Source: Pecten maximus
Taxonomy: Eukaryota
Direction of reading: 5' to 3'
NCBI RefSeq assembly: GCF_902652985.1
Contig: NC_047025.1
Span: forward strand, 39,618,001-39,682,000
Length of the DNA: 64,000 nucleotides
A program made the translations under genes and the position numbers. The notes below the pieces were generated by a model, which saw nothing but the letters and a program-made list of their open reading frames with translations, was not told where the DNA came from and searched no databases. Positions 27,283 through 41,432 of this stretch are shown piece after piece; within the stretch, counting starts at the first letter, position 1, and each line of letters opens with the position of its first letter.

Positions 27283-29829
27283 TATTGTCCCCAAAGATGG
27301 CACTGTGTACATGCATGGTTTGGATAGAGGTACACCTTCATTCATATGAAATGTAACGGGCAAAGACCAAGAATCGAAGGCCTTCTATCTGTCGATCTAG
27401 CCAAATGAGATGACTGATGGCCTCCTGGAAGATGTTATAAAGACGTGATATACTTTTGGTTATAACTTCGTCCGAATTGTTTTTCGTTGTAAACTAACCC
27501 ATGTTTCTTATTGCGCATTTGTTACATGATACTATTTTTTATGTAGTCACGTTTTTACGAAATTGAAAGGTCTTGTTGATACTACAGCACCATGAAGTCG
27601 TTTCGTGTCTAGGTAGGTTTTATATGCTTACCTGATCTGTATCATTTTGGAATACGCACCTGACCTTGATTTTACTTACTGAATTGTTAGAGAATGAAGA
27701 CAGTTTATAGGTTGTGTCTATTTTAGGAAACACTTAAGATGCAGCGTTATAGCATACCGCATTCCTAGACAGACGTACAAATCTTCAAACTATAGGTACG
27801 TCGGCCTGGTGCTGGAATACTCTATGTTACAAACAGACGTAACACGCCCTTATCTACGTATCTTCCGTTAATACTTAAAACGCAAATCTACAGTATATAT
27901 AGTGTGCTTCATTTATATTTCGATAATAAAATATACAATATATTGGTGTAAATAATGGTCATCCTTAAAATAATATTAACAAGATGAATATACTGTTGTT
28001 TTAACCTTTTGGAACACAAACCAAATCAACTGCTTTGCCCGAGGAAAAAATATGTCGGTTTAAAATTTGAATTAAAAACCGTGATTAAGTTTCAGTGTTG
28101 GGGTATTTTATGGAGTTCAGAAAAGTTATTTTTTTCAACTCGAGGGATTGAAGAATCTGTGTTTTATACTGATGGACAGAATCATTGACCTAAAAGCTTC
28201 ACTATTTAAACACGTAAGGGAATAATTCAAGTAACATTGAAATAATTTACCGTAAAAAAATCGCTTGTAAATAAACAACGAACCCACTCTATCAAACCTT
28301 GAATACACACTTGGAAACGTGCACATTTGTTCTGTAAAGATTTTGGACAAGACACAACACGATACACAAATAAACAATGATACAGGTGTAAAGATGCTGT
28401 CGGTATGTACATGTGCTTGGCGTACTGAAGCCGTGTCTTGCGAGCAAAGGTTTGTTCTTCCTGCAGTGAGCGATATTGCAGGAACTAGATCACCGAAGGC
28501 TCCCGACATGGCGACTCGCCTGCTCGGACCGATCGATCAGTGGTGGATTGTCTCCGCACCACTGTTGATGGTTGTAATGTTGGCAATGGTCCATAAAATC
28601 TTATACTGCTATGTGGAGATAAACGTTGTAGTAAAATCATGGGATAACAGAACAGGAGAGCATATTCTAGTGGTATTATTGAACACAGCCTAACAAACAC
28701 TATCGCCAGTACTTGAACAGAACCGTAACTTAGGCATCAGGTAGCAACACGCAATTTCATAGTCGTAATTTATTTTTTAGTCGAGAACATTTTTGAGACG
28801 ACCCCGCTTTCGTCGTCGGCCATTTTCACAAGACCCATGTTTAGACTTTATATAGATACACACAACATGAAGATGGGAGACTGGTAATACCAGCTCCTGT
28901 CAGCTGCGTGTTCCTGCTTACTCCACAAATAAACACACACACCAGATGATAAAGATATTAACCCAACACGAACTGACGCTTACATAAACTCGTCAAGTGG
29001 CTAGCAATAAGATACCAAAACTGTCCCATTTATCATTGTATACCTTTGATTAGTACCAGTGCATTACGTCCCAAAATCTTAGTCAACGCACCACGTCATA
29101 CATAGTCATGGTTGTCCTGGATACCATGCAATTGGATGTGAGGCTCTCTGCCGTTTTTATTACGCTTTTGATTTGAATGTCGGTGAAGAGGTTTATATTA
29201 CGTTGATAATAAAAAAAATTGTCTAAGATCACCGATCCTAGACAACACTTTCATTTATATAAATTTGTCATGTTATGTCGAAGGAGTAGCTAATTAAATG
29301 ACATGAAGCGACCTGCCTGACCTGTCTCCATGTCAGCAATACTAACCAGTCGTATGATTTCCTGAACATTGAATGTGTAAGCCTTTGTATATAAGGATGA
29401 AGGAAACATATTCAAAGATGTAACTCTTTAGTTTCGGGGAAGTTTTTCAAAGCTGTTGGTAATTGTTGAAAGCTAGTACTGAATATATATATATATAGGG
29501 CAAAGAAGTAATTCTAACCGTGTGGCCATGGATGATGTCAAATTTTTGAGGCAATCCATCCCTTTATCAAGACACAGAGAATACAAATACAATCACATGA
29601 TATATAAACAGTACTAGAAATACAATAAGACACAGTAAGAGTAAAATATATAGTAGTAAAAAACACTACCATCAACTCTTTGGCGAGCGTACATCATATC
29701 GTAGACCTCTGTGTACACATATCGTAGACCTCTGTGTACACATATCGTAGACCTCGAGACACGAGATTTCATATCAAGCAGCTGTTCCTCTCTTTGTCAA
29801 CAACTAATAAGTAAATGCCTTGTTTTCAG

Positions 29830-29948
29830 AATGGCCAATGCAAGAGCGAAAGCAGAGCAGGCAGACCAATCAGCCCTGAAGTCAGAACAAGATTCCGATT
29901 TTGCCAGGTTAAAAGCAAAAGAGTATGCCCCAGAATTTCATCAACCAG
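29830..29948 (+). CDS. JPH: Junctophilin, alpha-helical domain exon
   Basis: ttgttttcag/A ATG GCC...: (R)MANARAKAEQADQSALKSEQDSDFARLKAKEYAPEFHQP(G), matching the junctophilin helix ending in 'APxFxQPG'; phase-2 acceptor fits the previous exon; donor G/gtaaag at 29949 (phase 1). Confidence 0.94.
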
Positions 29949-31249
29949 GTAAAGTGGGTCTCTAGATCAATGTAACCAAAATCATTTATTATACTAGAGT
30001 TAAGTATATAGATATATATGTGCTGCCCTCTAGAAACTATTATGTTCAGTTAATGTTAATTATATGTTAATGGGTTGAGCTTTATTTTGTGATGAATGTT
30101 AAAACGTGCCTGTATCTTCAAGGGTTAAACGTTATTCTATGTTTAAGGGTTAAACTATATTCTATGTTTATTTCAAGGGTTGAACGTTATTTTGGCTTCC
30201 ATTCGGTTGATTGCATTCCATATAAAAGTCGTGCAATTTGAAAGTCGTTATTCTATATTCAAGGGTTAAACGTTATTCTATGCTTAATGGTACACGTTAT
30301 TTTGGCTTCCATTCGGTTGATTGCATTCCATATAAAAGTCGTGCAATTTGAAAGTCGTTATTCTATATCCAAGGGTTAAACGTTATTCTATGCTCAATGG
30401 TACACGTTATTTTGGCTTCCATTCGGTTGATTGTATTGCAAGATTAACTAATCTGAATGTCGTACAAATAAATAAAGGAACATTGAAGCAGGTAATGTGC
30501 TCTTGTAATGGCTTCATTTAGTATGCTGTGCAAAAAATGTTCACATTCAGCGTTAAATTTACATACAAATCAAGCCAATCTTAGTAAACGAATCTTGTTA
30601 TCGGAGAACCATGTAAACGTCTGTATGATTGCGCATTAATGAAACTCATTAAATAGCGCGTACTTAATGAGTTACACTAGGTCATGACCTTGCTAATTTC
30701 TAATGTGTTTATCGTGTTCCGTGGCACATTTGGTGAGTTTGCAAATTTATCATGGATTGGCGAATTCACCATTTTTTTTACTTGCACTGTGTATATCTAG
30801 TCACAGTCACTATTAAATTCCACGGTAAGGAGTGGATAACTTTATATTTCTCCCACACACACATTTAATTTCGAGCCTCTCATAGATAGGAAAATTTCTT
30901 ATAAAACAATAATCACCACATCACTAGCCTACCCTGTAATACGCCTATGACGTGAATATTATGAGGCAATCAGTGTATAATAACGCTTTCGTGACATCAT
31001 AAATAATTCATGACGGCATAATAGTTATATGATGACGTACCTCGATTGTCTTAGTAGGCCTACCGTCCGAGTCGAAATTCGCTTTTCTTATCAATTTTAG
31101 AGAGGCTATGTCATACGGAATTTCTTTAACTCTATGTCATGCGGAATTTCTTTAACTCGACTAATAATCTCATATGCCATTCGCTTCCACGTAATATCCC
31201 TATCTGTACACGGCCACCAAACGAGTCTAACAACCAAGGTACGACTGGG

Positions 31250-31442
31250 AATATAGTATTTAGTGTGTGACTATTTTGGCCAAACCTATTTACAGTATAG
31301 TATTTAGTGTGTGACTATTTTGGCCAAACCTATTTATAGTATAGTGTTTAGTGTGTGACTATTTTGGCCAAACCTATTTACAGTATAGTATTTAGTGTGT
31401 GACTATTTTGGCCAAACCTATTTATAGTATAGTGTTTAGTCT
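31250..31442. repeat. ~44-bp tandem repeat, about 4 copies
   Basis: TATAGTATTTAGTGTGTGACTATTTTGGCCAAACCTATTTACAG units. Confidence 0.9.
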
Positions 31443-31464
31443 GTGATCAAACAATCTACCTTAT

Positions 31465-31928
31465 ATAATGGTATTTATTACATTTTTATCAGTGAAATAT
31501 CAAAAATTATTCATTCTATAAAAGTGATATTTTTCACTAGTGAAGAATATCATATTTTTCACTAGTGAAAAATATCACTTTTGCTGATTTGACCAATCAA
31601 ATTAATGATTAGAAAATACCAAAATAATTGACCAATCAGAAAGCCCGACATATATGTCAGCACCTGGACAGGGGAAACTACTTTTTTTGTTTACAAATTA
31701 TGGCTGTAGTCCTAGTTAGCATACGGGGTAGGGTTTTCGTTGATAAAAAATGTAATAAACAGAATATCTAACAGTGTCTTCAGTAAAACTAAATATATTT
31801 CACTCGTGTGGCTAATATTTTGATATTTTTCACTCGTGCTGCGCACTCGTGAAAAATATCAAAATATTAGCCCCACTCGTGAAATATATTTGGTATTACT
31901 GTAAGACACTGTTAGATATCCTCTATAT
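31465..31928. mobile_element. Non-autonomous element: IR-bounded arm plus ~165-bp hairpin
   Basis: TTTATTACATTTTTATCA (31474-31491) inverted at 31741-31759; imperfect palindrome 31761-31924 with apex GTGC-TGC-GCAC and four CACTCGTG motifs; TATA context on both sides. Confidence 0.7.
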
Positions 31929-32808
31929 ATGTTTCTATGCCAATCTCTACAAGATGTCAACAGTATAATACAGTCACGGCTTAGGACAACATGTTTTGTT
32001 GACAAGAAACCTTTGCTTATAACCAGAGACTAAGGAAACTAATTGGCGTGAAAACATATATTTCTATGTAGATAATTATACAATAATTTACTTGCGAAGG
32101 AAAACACACACAAACAAGATGTTACCGATATGAACGACAGATACACGTCCTGTAAGTAATTTGAATATATATTTGGTTATGGGAATAACTCAATGTAAAA
32201 GTATCGTCAACAGCTTACCTGATCTAACGGTCAGGTAGCCACCTGATCTAACGGTCAGGTAGCCATAACTCAGACTCTCATACAGCTAAAACGGACTGTT
32301 TAACACTTTGATACAGCGTCAATTGTCTTTTAGCCAGTTAAGGGAACATTAATTTTCTCGAAGTTTGTCTATGGGTTACGGGAACCTGCTTATATAGAAC
32401 TAAACAGCTAATCAGATACAACGATTTCCCTGTATGTGATTAGCTGTCATACGAGAAGGTTGTGATCGGTGACAGCGGTAACAAGGTACTAGAGATGACA
32501 TAGATAACGTGTGCCTTTTTGTTGTCTTGTTGGAACTGAAAAGACTAACCAGCACAAAAATATTCTCCATAATACCTTTAGAACTTTCGAATATAAAACT
32601 GTGTTTATAAGTTTGTAATAAAGTAATGGTGTTATCAGAGGAGTCATATGTGAGTTTGATATTCCATCACGTCTGAATCAATTGATATCGATTACAAGTT
32701 AACATCTTAAACCATAGCGCCAATGTTTGAATAGTATGAAAAATAAAATCAATATTTCTTCATTTTTCTTTAACTCGATAGTATGACCTGACATAATTAT
32801 TTTTGTAG

Positions 32809-33791
32809 GCTCAGACATGATGAAGAAGAAACGAGAGAATGGCGAGGTTGACGAGGATGAGTACGACTTCAGTTACGTGAAAAGCCTTCAAAACCACAAC
32901 CCACACCGCTCCAAGTCAATGCTCACTAAGTCCCCCCACGATGACGGGGGTCTACTACCCGGCGGCCTCGTTCCGATGGTCAACAGTTCCCCGGATGGAA
33001 GTCCACTTAGGAATAATAGTGGTTATGACTATCTGCAAATGTCGAATGCCAAACCGGACAGTAAAAAGATGACAAGCATACCAAATCATTCGCCACATAA
33101 CAGAAGCCCATCTTTGAAAATTAGAAGGTATAGCTTTTTGGCGGGTTCCAGAAGAGGTAGAGGATTTAGTGAAATATTCAATTCGACAATTTTAAATGAC
33201 CACTTCGATCAGTATTCTGCCCAAAGGGACGATAGCGGTTTAGGAAAGGAACTTTTAAGTGGTGAGGAACGCTACAGGGGTAATCATATAACGGACCCAT
33301 CTCCAGATTCAGGTGTTTCAGAAAGTCTGGACGACGAGTCCAAGAACAGACCGCTTCAGCGAAGAAGAACTATGCCTTGCATTGTCAAAACAGAGGGCAA
33401 TGCGAAATCACAAGCAATGGCGGAAAGAGAAACGGCGCATAGTAGCGAAAACATTGCAGGTAAAAACCCTGACATGTACGTTATAGAAAATGGAATACGT
33501 AAACGAATAAAAGGGGTGGATAGGCCTTCAGCACAACCACACAGAATGTCAAAGGGCGACCTTCCAAAAGAATATAAAATCGAAAGCCAGAATGCGTTGG
33601 GTAAGGCAAAGGGCACACGGGGCAGTCTTCCAGACATCACAGCTATCAAGCAAGTGGATAAGTTCAAATCAATCCCACGCGAGGAGGCCTACCAGTTGGG
33701 CACTGCTAGGCGAGAAGAGCTCAGGCGGCTACAGGATTTAGCCGACCGGCGTCGGCAAGGGGACGTAACCGTCATCCTAGGGGATCTGAAG
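32809..33791 (+). CDS. JPH: Junctophilin, divergent (low-complexity, S/P/R-rich) region exon
   Basis: Acceptor ttttgtag/GC TCA GAC ATG (phase 1) continues the frame through ORF 32817-33818; 983 nt open; donor AAG/gtaggt at 33792 (phase 0). Confidence 0.88.
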
Positions 33792-34157
33792 GTAGGTCAC
33801 ATGTCACTGATAATTTGACATTTAGTAAATGTTTAGAAAATGTGTCGAACGTTTAAGATTGCTAACAGCAGTAATCTCCCTTTAGATGACTGCACATCTT
33901 TCGGCTCCGTTACGATACTAGTAATCGTTGATATTGAAAGGAACTTATTGAAGTTCGGCAGTGCAAAGCGATTCCTAGTTGATTTTACAAAAAAGTTCAT
34001 CATACTCGAAGCGTGCAAGTGTATCACTTGGTACTTGCTAAAAACTACAATGTGTGCAATACATTGTGTAGAGCATGTTCAGACTGTTAATTTGTGTATT
34101 GCAATTTCTGTTAAGGTTGATATACCGTCATGCTTATATGAATTATCTATGTTTCAG

Positions 34158-34244
34158 GACTTTGTACAGCAGCGCCAGCTGTTAGTCTTAGTAATTGCAG
34201 TGAACCTGAGTTTAGCCACAATGTTTTTCAACCTGTTGTCCTGA
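34158..34244 (+). CDS. JPH: Junctophilin, terminal exon with C-terminal ER/SR tail anchor
   Basis: gtttcag/GAC: DFVQQRQLLVLVIAVNLSLATMFFNLLS-stop; hydrophobic C-terminal helix with the 'xNxxLAxxFxxLLx' pattern typical of junctophilins; phase 0 fits; tandem TGA TGA stops. Confidence 0.9.
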   Translation, partial: DFVQQRQLLVLVIAVNLSLATMFFNLLS

Positions 34245-37200
34245 TGAGTGCTATAATTTGATCGTCATGGAAACAAATATATGCACCTTCCAGCGACCTG
34301 TGCTACCGTGGCACACATTGGCTTCGGCGGGTTGATGCAACGGAAACAGCAGTCGAACCAGTTCTCGGTCAAAGGTCAAGAAGGGAAATTTGGTTTTCTT
34401 ACCAAGAGAAATACCAAGGCCACGCCCGTTGGACATGATTTGTTTGATAACCCGCTTTAGCCATGGCGTTTTCGCAAGAAGTTGATGGAACTCGGCGAGA
34501 CTCCAACTACCTACTGAACCAAACTTTCCTATTCCGTCTCGTACAGCCGCATCCATTTGTTCCATTAGGATGTACGAGACCGGGTCACGTGTTACCCAGT
34601 GATGTCACGTGTTACCCAGTGATCATCTTCCCTGGCACCGTATTTGTCCTAAGGACAGATCTCTATAAAGTTGTAGTGAGGACGAATTAAGTTTAAGACA
34701 TTTTGTATAAATGTATTTTGGGAGTATTTTTTCCAAGAACGAAATTTTAGTGGAGTATAAGTTCTGGGAAGAACGCGAAAAGGAAGATGAATACCAACGT
34801 TTTTTTCAATCTTTGTTGGAGCCTGGAATTCGTTGACGTTATTCAGAGTTTATATGCATTGTGGATGTTACAGATTCTTGAATGCATGTGTGTGTGGATC
34901 GTCACTTCTCATCATCCCGTGTTATCCGGAAGTGTCCGTTCGCTCCTTGACCTGTTGGGTTTCATCCCACGTTCCACTAGGTTTTGTACGACGAGGAGAA
35001 ATCCAGAAGCAATGTTTTGTTTTATCGGGATTACATGTGACCAAATTTGATTAACCTGTGTATAAATTCCTCCTTTTAACAACTACTACATTTATTCATT
35101 CTCTCCATTATTTTGAATGTTTAGGATTTTTGCGACATTTTTGTTATAGGCAGGATACAAAAAAGTGTCTGCTATACGCACATGATCCTTAACTGCCATA
35201 CTGTTGGCCTATATGACACAATCTGACAAGCACCTAGTACCTCGATCAAGGACATGTCCATAGCGCAGCACATGGCACGTGCAACGTATCTCTAATGCCA
35301 TCGTAGTGTACGTCATGATATCAGAAAGACCTTTCTAGATCAGTGGTGATATGTGTGTCAGCGATACGTGAATAAACTTATCTGTAAAGGCATAAGGCAG
35401 TTGAATGTGGATTAAATCAATTGTTGTTGGTCAACACCGAGGAGGAAACAATCATGTTTAACACAAGAAAGAAGTTAAAATCTAGGATCAAGAGAAAGGT
35501 CATTCATCTCTGTTATGACCTCGGAGGCAGCAATAGAAATCAGTATTTATTTAACCAGTTATTGATATGGCACGACATGGCAACACTTAGCTACTATTAA
35601 AGGTATTACTGGCGACCCGGACTTGCCGAGAAGGTGGGAGGAGTGGTCGGTACTTATTTCCAGCTAATGTGAGGAGAAGGGATAGTTAAAAGGTTCGTGG
35701 CAATGTTCTGATAGACCATGATCATAGACAGGGAACACATAGTCTAATGATCCAGAATTTGGCGGATTTTATTCATTATAGACAAAACTACAGTGTATTT
35801 ATTGAAACCACGATTTCGTAGAGACGTATATTTTCACCAACCCGAAATATCCTTCTTTGTTGTAATTGTGCAGGGGTCTGTACCTTTGTACCCGGTTTAA
35901 CAGAAGGTATATAACCGTGATGTCTTTCAGCAGTATATACCCCACAGTCGCCAGGCTGTAAGGATTGTTCTCATACCAAGTGACATGCACTCAGTTTGCC
36001 GATACGTCATGTTTTATTTATTTCAATTCTAGGTGTTTTTAATTTTCATTTGTATTTTAATCTTTTTTTTCTTGTTTATTAAATATATGGAAATGATTTT
36101 AAATAAATCAGTATTTTGTTTCCATGAATTTTGAAAAAAAAATCGTCGAGCGACCTTTATTATTCCGGGTCAGTGCATTTCCCTTTACTATTTAAATTAA
36201 GTTAAAGTGTTTGAACGTTAGATTGGAGTGTGTTGGTTGAAATAACACACGCTACTTTTGTCTGATTACTATGTAAATCATAAACTAACCGTTTGATCAA
36301 TCTTTTAGTAATTTAGTAAAATTATACAGTACATCTATTACACAATGTAATATTCAGATTAAAATATTGTTATTTACCTGCAGGGAGAGAGCGGTTGTTT
36401 TTTTCTTGTCACGTTTTTGCATTTCGTTAAAACATAACATCATAGAGGTAACATGAAATAAAGGGAAGCAATTCATGTAATGAATGGTGCTGAACAGCGT
36501 GCTCACAACCAATACCTGGTATATTCACAGACTTGGTTCATAGAAACTGTTTCGCTGATATCGGGTCGTACATTTTGTTTTATTCATTTTGTTCGAGGTT
36601 GTCTTCTGAGCTATATCATTTGACATCTTCTTGTCATTATGTCTAAATTTCAGGGGAAGAGGCCAAATCTATTTCTACAAGTCAGAAAACTTCCAAAGTA
36701 TTATGATTTTATATTAGTATGGGTGTTATTGTAGGCCTTGAAACAACCGTTTTATGGAGCATGGATTACACTCTGTCATGCTTTACCACCTATAACTAGT
36801 ATATAGTATACCTGCGCACACGTGATTTGGGATATTCTGGACAGACAAATATACCAACAAATTAACACATTAATTCATGATTATCAGAAAAAATAACTGA
36901 CAAAATACAGCGTTTATATTGAAGCTGTTAGACCACATAACAAGATCGTTTGCGATATCACGTTGTTTACAGCGCTGCACTACAAGTCACGTGATAACAT
37001 TCCATTAATAGCTTACAAAGTAGCGAAATATTCAGGAATGCACAATATTATATTACTACATCGTATCATGGTCTACTGGAGATGTCGAACTGTAAACAGG
37101 TGACTTGATATCGCGAATGAGCTCTGGTCTGTCCAGGTATAATACCTGGGTTACGTTCTGTGTCTTATACAACAACTATAACAATCAGAAAGGGGAACAC

Positions 37201-38159
37201 AGAAAGGGCAACTCCACCCGGCAGTTCCCTTTGTGGTTCGCGGTATACATTTCTCAATCTTGCCATTGTAATACTTTTTAAAGCTTTAAATATCAATTTT
37301 GTTTGAAGATATGTCATCTTTTGCTTTTTTTCGTGCATCATTTTGATAAATCATGATATTGATTATCCCCCCAGGGGAAGTACGAAGGGTATTGATATGT
37401 GTTTGATACATCCTGTTTCCCACTGTAACTATATAACTTCCAAACTTTTGAACAAAAATGAAAATATTTTGTAGTGCTGAATACGAAGGGTGTTTTTGTG
37501 TAATTCCCTTTGTAAATTAATGTGTACTTAAGATAATATTTTATAATAAGTTAATGTATGTAAATTTTCTTTTGGATTTTTTCCTAAATTCGGTTTTAAT
37601 TTTTTTTATTACTTGAAAGCATTTGAATGGTTTATACACTGACTCCACCCAATAAAATCGCAGAGAGAAAAATATTGTGTTTTTGTTTGTCAGTTTCCTC
37701 TATCTATACACCCATAGCTGGCGGCATATTTTCACGAATTTGTCTACATAGATAAGATTATGTTTGAAGTTTAGCATGTAAACATAAAAACACTATTCAC
37801 AGCCTTAGATCATTGTACGTTTATCTGGGAAAGGTAGATCTTACGTTTGGAATTTCGTAATATTTAGAAAAATGAGCTTTGAAAATTAATCTGTTTGTCC
37901 GTTTCATTTGGAAAAGTGAGAGTCTAGACAGTGGCAATCCGTTTGAATATGATAATTTATCAATGTTTCTATGAAAACGAAAGTTATGTTAGAACGTTTT
38001 TAAATCCACAAGACTCAATATTTTTCCGGCAAAGAATCCGAGACTAAATAGAAATGCTGATAACAACTCTTTAGGTATGTTGGTTGATGAGTAGATTGAT
38101 ATAAATCATACTGGAGCGAGGTCCATTTAGTTAGAATCTATATTGATGAATATATCTAT

Positions 38160-39835
38160 TGTTAACATATAAACTATTGATAAAATTAACAGACCAGGCA
38201 TATCTCTGTTGTAAACATATAAACTACTTACTAAAGTAACATATAAACTACTGACTAAAGTAACATATACACTACTGACTTAAGTAACAGACCAGATATA
38301 TCTCTTTTGTAAACATATAAACTACTGACTAAAGTAACATATAAACTACTGACTTAGGTAACATATAAACTACTGACTAAAGTAACATAAACTACTGACT
38401 AAAGTAACATATAAACTACTGACTAAAGTAACATGTAAACTACTGACTAAAGTAACATATAAATTACTGACTAAAGTAACATATCAACTACTGACTAAAG
38501 TAACATATAAACTACTGACTAAAGTAACATATAAACTACTGACTAAAGTAACATATCAACTACTGACTAAAGTAACATATAAACTACTGACTAAAGTAAC
38601 ATATAAACTACTGACTAAAGTAACATATAAACTACTGACTAAAGTAACATATAAACTACTGACTAAAGTAACATATAAACTACTGACTAAAGTAACATAT
38701 CAACTACTGACTAAAGTAACATATAAACTACTGACTAAAGTAACATGTAAACTACTGACTAAAGTAACATATAAATTACTGACTAAAGTAACATATAAAC
38801 TACTGACTAAAGTAACAGATCAGATATATCTATTGTAAACATAAACTACTGACTAAAGTAACAGACTAGATATATCTCTCCTGTAAACATATAAACTACT
38901 GACTAAAGTATCATATACACTACTGACTAAAGTAACATATAAACTACTGACTAAAGTAACATATAAACTACTGACTAAAGTAACATATAAACTACTGACT
39001 AAAGTAACATATAAACTACTGACTTAGGTAACAGACCAGACATATCTCTGTTGTAAACATATAAACTACTGACTAAAGTAACAGACCAGATATATCTCTT
39101 TTGTAAACATATAAACTACTGACTAAAGTAACATATAAACTACTGACTAAAGTAACATATAAACTACTGACTAAAGTAACATATAAACTACTGACTAAAG
39201 TAACATATAAACTACTGACTAAAGTAACATATAAACTACTGACTAAAGTAACAGACCAGATATATCTCTTTTGTAAACATATAAACTACTGACTAAAGTA
39301 ACATATAAACTACTGACTAAAGTAACAGACCAGATATATCTCTTTTGTAAACATATAAACTACTGACTAAAGTAACATATAAACTACTGGCTACAGTAAC
39401 ATATAAACTACTGACTAAAGTAACATATAAGCTGCTGACTAAAGTAACATATAAACTACTGACTAAAGTAACATATAAACTACTGACTAAAGTAACATAT
39501 ACACTACTGACTAAAGTAATATATAAACTACTGACTAAAGTAACAGACCAGATATATCTCTTTTGTAAACATATAAACTACTGACTAAAGTAACATATAA
39601 ACTACTGGCTACAGTAACATATAAACTACTGACTAAAGTAACATATAAGCTGCTGACTAAAGTAACATATAAACTACTGACTAAAGTAACATATAAGCTG
39701 CTGACTAAAGTAACATATAAATACTGACTAAAGTAACATATAAACTACTGACTAAAGTAACATATAAACTACTGACTAAAGTAACATATAAGCTGCTGAC
39801 TAAAGTAACATATAAACTACTGAATAAAGTAACAC
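38160..39835. repeat. 24-bp minisatellite with occasional longer variant units
   Basis: Unit AACATATAAACTACTGACTAAAGT; interspersed AGACCAGATATATCTCTTTTGTAA module. Confidence 0.96.
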
Positions 39836-40914
39836 ATCATATTGGTAAATATACACTTTATAAAACTTGAAATTTGAGTATCTGAAATCAATCGATCTGT
39901 ACCACAAGATATAACTTACCATAGCTACATTTACAAAAATTGCGTGTGTGTACCGACATACTTTACATATTTTGTTTGTTTGTATATTTGCCCTAATGTC
40001 ATGCTAAGTGTTCTTTGACCGTTTTAGGAATATATTAAAAAAAATCTAACTTTCACTTTATATTGTGTCACGATTAGGCTCAAACCTTTCCATTACACGT
40101 GTTTCTTTATTAAATGCATCTGACTTTAGTTATTAAAACAATGTTACGAACATGGTTGCTTAATTATATTCTTATATTACCGGTATGATCTTATTATCAT
40201 TAATCATAGATATGGGTATAAGTATAATGATAGAATTAAAAAATATGTGTAACCATATTACCGGTAGTTACCAGTAACACCATACATATCACAACAATAG
40301 GTATACTTATTAATGCCACATGCTAGAGTTATTAAAAAATCATATATATTTATGTTTTGAACATGATCATCATCATCTCTATGTGTTTTATTACAAAATA
40401 AAAAAAACCATAAAATATCTAAATTGATAAAACACTGACCGACAGTTGTTGAAGGTAGAAGTAATTTCAAATTAATTTCCATTGTGACGCAAAATATCAT
40501 TTATGTTAACCGTGTAATTGTACAATTTCCCGCTTTGATCATTTCAAGTTAATGGTGATAATGGGGAGGACGTTGTTAGAGCCGCTAGTGTGCATCAGCT
40601 AGTTGGAGTCGAAATTGGTTGTGATCGTAATATTTAGTATATCAAAGGTCCCGAGATTAGTGGTACGTGTAGATATATATATGTTCTTTCAATGGAGAGA
40701 ATATATAGGTTACTACACAAATACTACACGTGTTACAAATAAATGCTGCATTATATAATTACAGGATTCAAGGGACCTGAACATACAATCACACCATCCT
40801 ACAACCGCCAGGAACAAATTCCTGAATTTAGTGTTATCAGCTTTGATATAGATGTATCATGAGCCTTAAATGAAAAGTTTTCGGTACCAGCATCTGAACG
40901 TTCAACACAATGAA

Positions 40915-41345
40915 TTACTGTTGTAAACTCACACATGTAAACGTTGAACACGATATCTTATTGTTGTGACTCCCACATCTAAACGTTGAACACGATCAAT
41001 TACTGTTGTAAACTCACACATCTAAACGTTTAACACGATCAATTACTGTTGTAAACACGATCAATTACTGTTGTAAACATGATCAATTACTGTTGTAAAC
41101 ACGATCAATTACTGTTGTAAACACGATCTCTTACTGTTGTAAACACGATCAATTACTGTTGTAAACACGATCTCTTACTGTTGTAAACACGATCTCTTAC
41201 TGTTGTAAACACGATCTCTTACTGTTGTAAACACGATCAATTACTGTTGTAAACACGATCTCTTACTGTTGTAAACACGATCAATTACTGTTGTAAACAC
41301 GATATCTTACTGTTGTAAACACGATCTCTTACTATTGTCACTCCC
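40915..41345. repeat. 22-bp minisatellite derived from a ~45-bp unit
   Basis: TGTTGTAAACACGATCAATTAC units preceded by longer TGTTGTAAACTCACACATCTAAACGTTGAACACGATCAATTAC units. Confidence 0.9.
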
Positions 41346-41432
41346 ACATATCAACAGTAATCTACTTTGAGAGGTGTCTATATGCTTTATACTAACATTG
41401 TGATCTACACATAGACAGGTTAAACACATACG

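Noticed and set aside
28135-28830. Overlapping ORFs in a relatively GC-rich intronic patch
   Set aside because: No recognisable domain or phase-compatible splice sites; could be regulatory or an old element but cannot be supported.
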